IMG/VR virus record: IMGVR_UViG_3300046777_002930
Span: 1-63,574 of that record
Length of the DNA: 63,574 nucleotides
Source: a virus
Lineage: Duplodnaviria; Caudoviricetes
Reading direction: 5' to 3' (one strand)
In this document: positions 59,118 to 63,574 of the stretch, one piece after another
Position numbering within the stretch: the first letter of the stretch is position 1
Layout of the letters: each line of letters opens with the position of its first letter
The notes under the pieces: model-generated
The model's input: only the letters and a program-made list of their open reading frames with translations
What the model was told of the DNA's origin: nothing
Database searches by the model: none
Made by a program: the position numbers and the translations under genes

Positions 59118-60800
59118 ATGCCAAAATTTGAAAATTCTTATATCTGGGTAAAAGATTTGGTAGCAGAAGAGTATAGACCTTCAGAAAAAATAAATTTTCC
59201 ATTTCAAACTATTTTTGCATCTGACCCTATAAGAGTTTTCTTGCCGCAAGAAACTGATATAAATATTGCTAAAGCTGGAATTGATTCTTTAAAACCTTTT
59301 CTGGATTCTTCAATTGATTTAGAAAAAAATTATGATTTAATTGGGGTTGCATTTAATGCTTTTGTTGTTAACAGAGCAAATAAAAATGGGCAAGTAATTT
59401 CTACAGATGTAGCTTTATCTTCCGTTGAGAATTTTAAATTCAAGCCGATGAATATAGAGCATAAGAGAAAAAATGTTGCCGGCTTGATAACTGGCTTTGG
59501 CTTTAGCGAATATGGAACGGATAAGCCTTTAACTTTGGATGAGGTTAAGGATAAAAAAGATCCATTCAATGTTGTCTTGAGCGGTTTTGTTTGGAGAATT
59601 GTAAATGAAGAATTTGCCGATAAGCTTGAAGCTTCCTCGGATCCGTCTTCCGAATCTTATCTTAGTATTTCTACTAGCTGGGAAATGGGATTTAGAAATT
59701 TCAATATAGCTAAGGGGTCATTAAATCTTTCTGAAGCCTCGATTCTTTCTGATGAGGCTGAAGTAGCAGAAATGAAAGATAAGTTAATGCATTTTGGCGG
59801 CAAGGGTTTTGATGATGATGGCGAGCCTTTATTTATTAATTTAATAGGTGAGGTTTTGCCTCTTGGAATAGGTTTTACAAATAATCCAGCAGCCGACGTT
59901 AAAGGCGTTAAGGTTTTTGGATCTAATGATTTAGAATCAAAAGAAGAAAATGAAGTTGAGGAAAAAGAGGAGTCTGACGTGAGTGACTTATCTATAAAAA
60001 GTTCCCAATTAGATGAAAAACTTGTAGAAACAAATATAATTTCAAATAAATTAGACGCGGATGATTTAGCTGCTGCTAATGTTGAAAAAGAAAAAACAAA
60101 AAAGGAAAATAAAAAAATGCTTATAAAATCTATTCAAGATTTAAATGACGATTCTTTAAAACAGATATGCGCTACTGATATTCGCGCTTTATTTGAAGAG
60201 GAAATTAAAAAGGCTAGCGAAAAATTTACCGAGGAGCAAGCTGCTAAAGACAGCGTTATTGCCGAAGCGGAAAAAACAAAGGCTGAACTTGAAGCTCAAT
60301 TAGAAGAGTTGAAACAAACCGGTGAACAATTAAAAGCCGAGCTTGAAAAAATTAAGCTAGAGGCAGAAGCTCGTGAAGCCGAAGAAGTTTTCCAAAATAG
60401 AATGTCTGGATTAGACGAGGATTTTTCTTTAGATGACGAAGAGCGTCAGATAATTGGTGAACAAATTAAAAATTTAGATCAGGAAGCTTTTGACAAATGG
60501 TATAAGGCTTTCAATGTTTTTGCTAAAGCTAAAAACAAAAAAATGATGATGGAGAAAAAAGAGGCTGAAGAAAAGATGAAAGAAAAAGAAGAAAGTAAAG
60601 CCTCCTCTATTGAAACAAAAGAATCTGCTGAAGTGATTGCTTCAGAGCAGGAAGAAAAAGAGCAAGAAGCTGCGGTCGTGCTTGAAAAGGCGCAGGCTGA
60701 AGAGGTTGCTCTTCCAAATGGAGCGATTGCTGAAGATAGCCTTAGGCAAAAATTTGCCAAAGCTTTCAATAGCAACACTATCAAAGTAGAAAATAAATAA
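59118..60800 (+). CDS. prohead protease fused to acidic coiled-coil scaffold
   Basis: NKNG, NIEH, SWEMG, GFTNNPAA; E/K-rich C-terminal half. Confidence 0.8.
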   Translation: MPKFENSYIWVKDLVAEEYRPSEKINFPFQTIFASDPIRVFLPQETDINIAKAGIDSLKPFLDSSIDLEKNYDLIGVAFNAFVVNRANKNGQVISTDVALSSVENFKFKPMNIEHKRKNVAGLITGFGFSEYGTDKPLTLDEVKDKKDPFNVVLSGFVWRIVNEEFADKLEASSDPSSESYLSISTSWEMGFRNFNIAKGSLNLSEASILSDEAEVAEMKDKLMHFGGKGFDDDGEPLFINLIGEVLPLGIGFTNNPAADVKGVKVFGSNDLESKEENEVEEKEESDVSDLSIKSSQLDEKLVETNIISNKLDADDLAAANVEKEKTKKENKKMLIKSIQDLNDDSLKQICATDIRALFEEEIKKASEKFTEEQAAKDSVIAEAEKTKAELEAQLEELKQTGEQLKAELEKIKLEAEAREAEEVFQNRMSGLDEDFSLDDEERQIIGEQIKNLDQEAFDKWYKAFNVFAKAKNKKMMMEKKEAEEKMKEKEESKASSIETKESAEVIASEQEEKEQEAAVVLEKAQAEEVALPNGAIAEDSLRQKFAKAFNSNTIKVENK

Positions 60801-60840
60801 TAAACAAATAAATAAACAAATTAACAAATAAATAAAAAAT

Positions 60841-61371
60841 ATGGCTACAATTAGACCTTTTAGAGATTATGATGAGCATGAGGTTGTTAACCTTTTTGCT
60901 TTTGACGGTGGCTTAGCAAATAAAGGAACTTTCGTTACCGCTGCTGGTAGTGGATTTGATCTTTCTGCTGAAGCTGCTTTTGGAAATGACAGTTTTATTG
61001 ATGGGACTGTCTCCGCTAGATTTAACGTCTTAAATAAAGTTACCGCCGCTCCTTCTGGAACTGTTCCAGCTAAGGTTCTTGGAATGATGCTTAAGGATGT
61101 TAGATCGGTTGATGAAAATGGATACCCATTAAAGTTTGAACCACGTAAGGCTGCTGAGCGCGATGTTATCATTAGCGGTGAAGCTGTCCCCGTTGTTAAG
61201 CGCGGATTATTCCTTTATAGCGGAGTTGCTGGAACACCAGCGTTTGGAAGCGGACTTGGTATTAATACCAATGGCGAGCTTATTACTACAAATGATCCAA
61301 CTTTAATGGTTGCTAAAGCGCTTGGTCCAAAAGACGCAAACAACTTTGTTTTAATTGACATTAAGCTTTAA
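60841..61371 (+). CDS. capsid decoration/minor head protein
   Basis: between scaffold and capsid genes. Confidence 0.65.
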   Translation: MATIRPFRDYDEHEVVNLFAFDGGLANKGTFVTAAGSGFDLSAEAAFGNDSFIDGTVSARFNVLNKVTAAPSGTVPAKVLGMMLKDVRSVDENGYPLKFEPRKAAERDVIISGEAVPVVKRGLFLYSGVAGTPAFGSGLGINTNGELITTNDPTLMVAKALGPKDANNFVLIDIKL

Positions 61372-61417
61372 TACAACGCTAAATAAAAAAATAAAATTTA
61401 GAAAATAAAATAAAAAT

Positions 61418-62542
61418 ATGAAAATTAAATTTGAAAAAACACCAGAGCAAGTTGAACTTGTGAAAGCTATGGGTTCAAGTAATAAGGTTCAGGCTCTTGA
61501 GGCTCAGGACGCTTTTGCTGCTTTTATTGCTCCAGTTATTCAGGAGGTTCTTTTACAGGCAGGTACCGCTGCCGCTATTTATGAAGACATGAGCTATGAT
61601 GAGGATGATTCTCCATCTATTCCCGTTGATCTTTATTATGGCGAGCCTGAGGGTACTTTTGCTGTTTGGCAGCAAACGGTTGCCGGTGGTCTTCCTACTC
61701 AACAGATTGGTAGCTTCCAAGAGATCAAGGTTTCTACCTATCCTCTTGATTCTGCTATTAGCTTTGATAAGCGTTATGTTCGCAAATGTCGTTTAGACGT
61801 TGTGGCTAGAGGTCTTGAAAGACTTTCTAATGATGTGCTTATCAAGCAAGAAAGAAACGCTTGGTATGTTGTTCTTAAAATGCTTGCTGATGCTCAAACA
61901 AAAAACGTTAATCATGTTTTTAGGGCTCAAGCTGCAAACGTTTTCCAGGTTGAAGATATCAACAAGGCAATTACTCTTCTCAAGAGATTGAATGCCGCTT
62001 ATAATGGCACTACTCCAGTTGGTAACGAAGGAAGAGGTTTAACAGATCTCTATGTTTCTCCTGAGATTATGGAGCAAATTCGTGGATTTGCTTATAATCC
62101 AGTTAATACAAAATTAGGTCCAGTTGGTGCAACTACTGGCGTTCCTCTTACCGATTCTGTCCGCGAGCGCATTTTCAATGCCGCTGGTATGACTGATATT
62201 TGGGGAGTTACGCTTCATGAGCTTCTTGAGCTTGGCGTTGGCGGCAAATACAATGTTCTTTTCGATCAAATCGCTGGAACAAAGAAATTTGCTAAACCAG
62301 GTGAGGATGTGAATACTCTAGGCTCTGCGTTTGCTGCTGATGATGAAATCCTCATTGGTATCGATCGTTCACGTAGATCATTTATTCGCACATTAGCTGT
62401 TAATGCTGAAACAGGTGGAAGCTTTAATCTTCGTCCAGATGACCAATTTTTGGCTCGCTCTGGCAAGGTTGGTTTTTATGGCGGCTTGGAAGAGGGTCGC
62501 GTCGCCCTTGATGCTAAAGCTGTTGCTGGCATTATTGTTTAA
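61418..62542 (+). CDS. major capsid protein
   Basis: 374 aa after protease/decoration genes, biased codon usage, followed by terminator. Confidence 0.82.
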   Translation: MKIKFEKTPEQVELVKAMGSSNKVQALEAQDAFAAFIAPVIQEVLLQAGTAAAIYEDMSYDEDDSPSIPVDLYYGEPEGTFAVWQQTVAGGLPTQQIGSFQEIKVSTYPLDSAISFDKRYVRKCRLDVVARGLERLSNDVLIKQERNAWYVVLKMLADAQTKNVNHVFRAQAANVFQVEDINKAITLLKRLNAAYNGTTPVGNEGRGLTDLYVSPEIMEQIRGFAYNPVNTKLGPVGATTGVPLTDSVRERIFNAAGMTDIWGVTLHELLELGVGGKYNVLFDQIAGTKKFAKPGEDVNTLGSAFAADDEILIGIDRSRRSFIRTLAVNAETGGSFNLRPDDQFLARSGKVGFYGGLEEGRVALDAKAVAGIIV

Positions 62543-62563
62543 TAAAAATAAACAAGTAAAATT

Positions 62564-62599
62564 AAAGAAAGCCCCGACTCGTTCGGGGCTTTCTTTTTT
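62564..62599 (+). terminator. intrinsic terminator
   Basis: AAAGAAAGCCCCGA-CTCGT-TCGGGGCTTTCTTT plus T run. Confidence 0.9.
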
Positions 62600-62682
62600 A
62601 TTAAATAATCTTTTTTTTTAGTGATATTTATTATCACTAAACGTGTAAACTAATTTATATAGTTATATTTTTTTGATTAATT

Positions 62683-63126
62683 ATGATTCCAGCTATTTAT
62701 AATTTACCAGATGCTTATAGAGGCGATGCTTACGGTCCAATTTCTTTAAAAATAAAAGACTCTTCTGGAGGTTATTTAAGTGTTGCCGGAACTGAAATAA
62801 ATCTACATGTAAAAAATAAAAAAAATTGCGCAATAGTTTTAAGCTGGTCCACTCTTGATAATTCTGTGCAGACTCCGGATGATTATACTATAATTTTAAA
62901 AGAAAAAATTGGGTGTAAAATGGGGATGCCTCCTGGGGTTTATGATTATGATTTACAAATATTAAATCAAAAAAAAATGACAACCTATTTAAGGGGCACT
63001 CTTTCTGTGGCTGGTGATGTAACAAGAATAGATTTTTGTGATTGCGAGTTTAATGGCGGGTCTGCTACAGGTGTTGGAAATTCTTTTTGCTCTATTGAAT
63101 CTATTTTTTCTTTATCTCGAATCTAA
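62683..63126 (+). CDS. hypothetical structural protein (BppU-N-like)
   Basis: YRGD, GVYDYDLQI, TYLRG. Confidence 0.6.
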   Translation: MIPAIYNLPDAYRGDAYGPISLKIKDSSGGYLSVAGTEINLHVKNKKNCAIVLSWSTLDNSVQTPDDYTIILKEKIGCKMGMPPGVYDYDLQILNQKKMTTYLRGTLSVAGDVTRIDFCDCEFNGGSATGVGNSFCSIESIFSLSRI

Positions 63127-63156
63127 GAAAAACTGTGTATATACTCAAATAATATA

Positions 63157-63574
63157 ATGGATATTTTATTAACATTGAATGCTGGAATGGGTGAAGGGCT
63201 TGGTCCAGATTTTTCTATTACTGCTGATGTGGGATTGGCTAATCCGGCAATACTTTCGAAAGCTGAATTACTAAATGGAAAAGTTGTTTCGGTAAGCGAT
63301 TGCGCTACAAGCATTACTATAACTTCTCTTGGTAAGTGCAATAATTCTATTAGCTTTTTTATAGCGCAAGCTACTCCTACGCCTACATCAACCATTACCC
63401 CTACGCCAACTGAAACCGCGACGCCTACGCCAACTGAAACCGCGACGCCTACGCCAACTGAAACCGCGACGCCTACGCCAACTGAAACCGCGACGCCTAC
63501 GCCAACTGAAACCGCGACGCCTACGCCAACTGAAACCGCGACGCCTACGCCAACTGAAACCGCGACGCCTACGC
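63157..63574 (+). CDS. Pro/Thr-repeat protein, truncated by window end
   Basis: manual translation MDILLTLNAGMGEGLGPDFSITADVG..SKAELLNG, then PTPTETAT repeats. Confidence 0.75.
   Translation, partial: MDILLTLNAGMGEGLGPDFSITADVGLANPAILSKAELLNGKVVSVSDCATSITITSLGKCNNSISFFIAQATPTPTSTITPTPTETATPTPTETATPTPTETATPTPTETATPTPTETATPTPTETATPTPTETATPT
63400..63574. repeat. 24-bp perfect tandem repeat
   Basis: CCTACGCCAACTGAAACCGCGACG, about 7 copies to the window edge. Confidence 0.95.

Overview
A 63.6-kb segment of a large, AT-rich tailed dsDNA phage genome (standard code). Left (1-13.7 kb): a tRNA cluster with an HNH endonuclease, a minus-strand glycan synthesis/modification cluster of about 11 genes, and a Pro/Thr-repeat protein. 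Middle (14.4-37.6 kb): an early/host-takeover region transcribed convergently from both ends, with rIIA/rIIB, a lone RuvB-like ATPase, DNA glycosylases, SprT, many tiny ORFs, tRNAs and tRNA-sized structured RNAs. Right (38-63.6 kb): PhoH, a sigma-like factor, ERCC4 nuclease, terminase, portal, tail fibres, lysis cassette, protease/scaffold, decoration and major capsid genes. The most striking signal is in the early region, which is divided into modules by 14 copies of a length-invariant 69-bp element (two 27-bp palindromes resembling back-to-back IHF sites around a GGGCCC-rich core). The element's polarity follows transcription. Six modules also carry sigma-54-type -24/-12 boxes (tandem in five, exactly 33 bp apart in four) upstream of sigma-70 promoters that often appear to give leaderless mRNAs. 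Family assignments come from motif recognition only; no searches were run.
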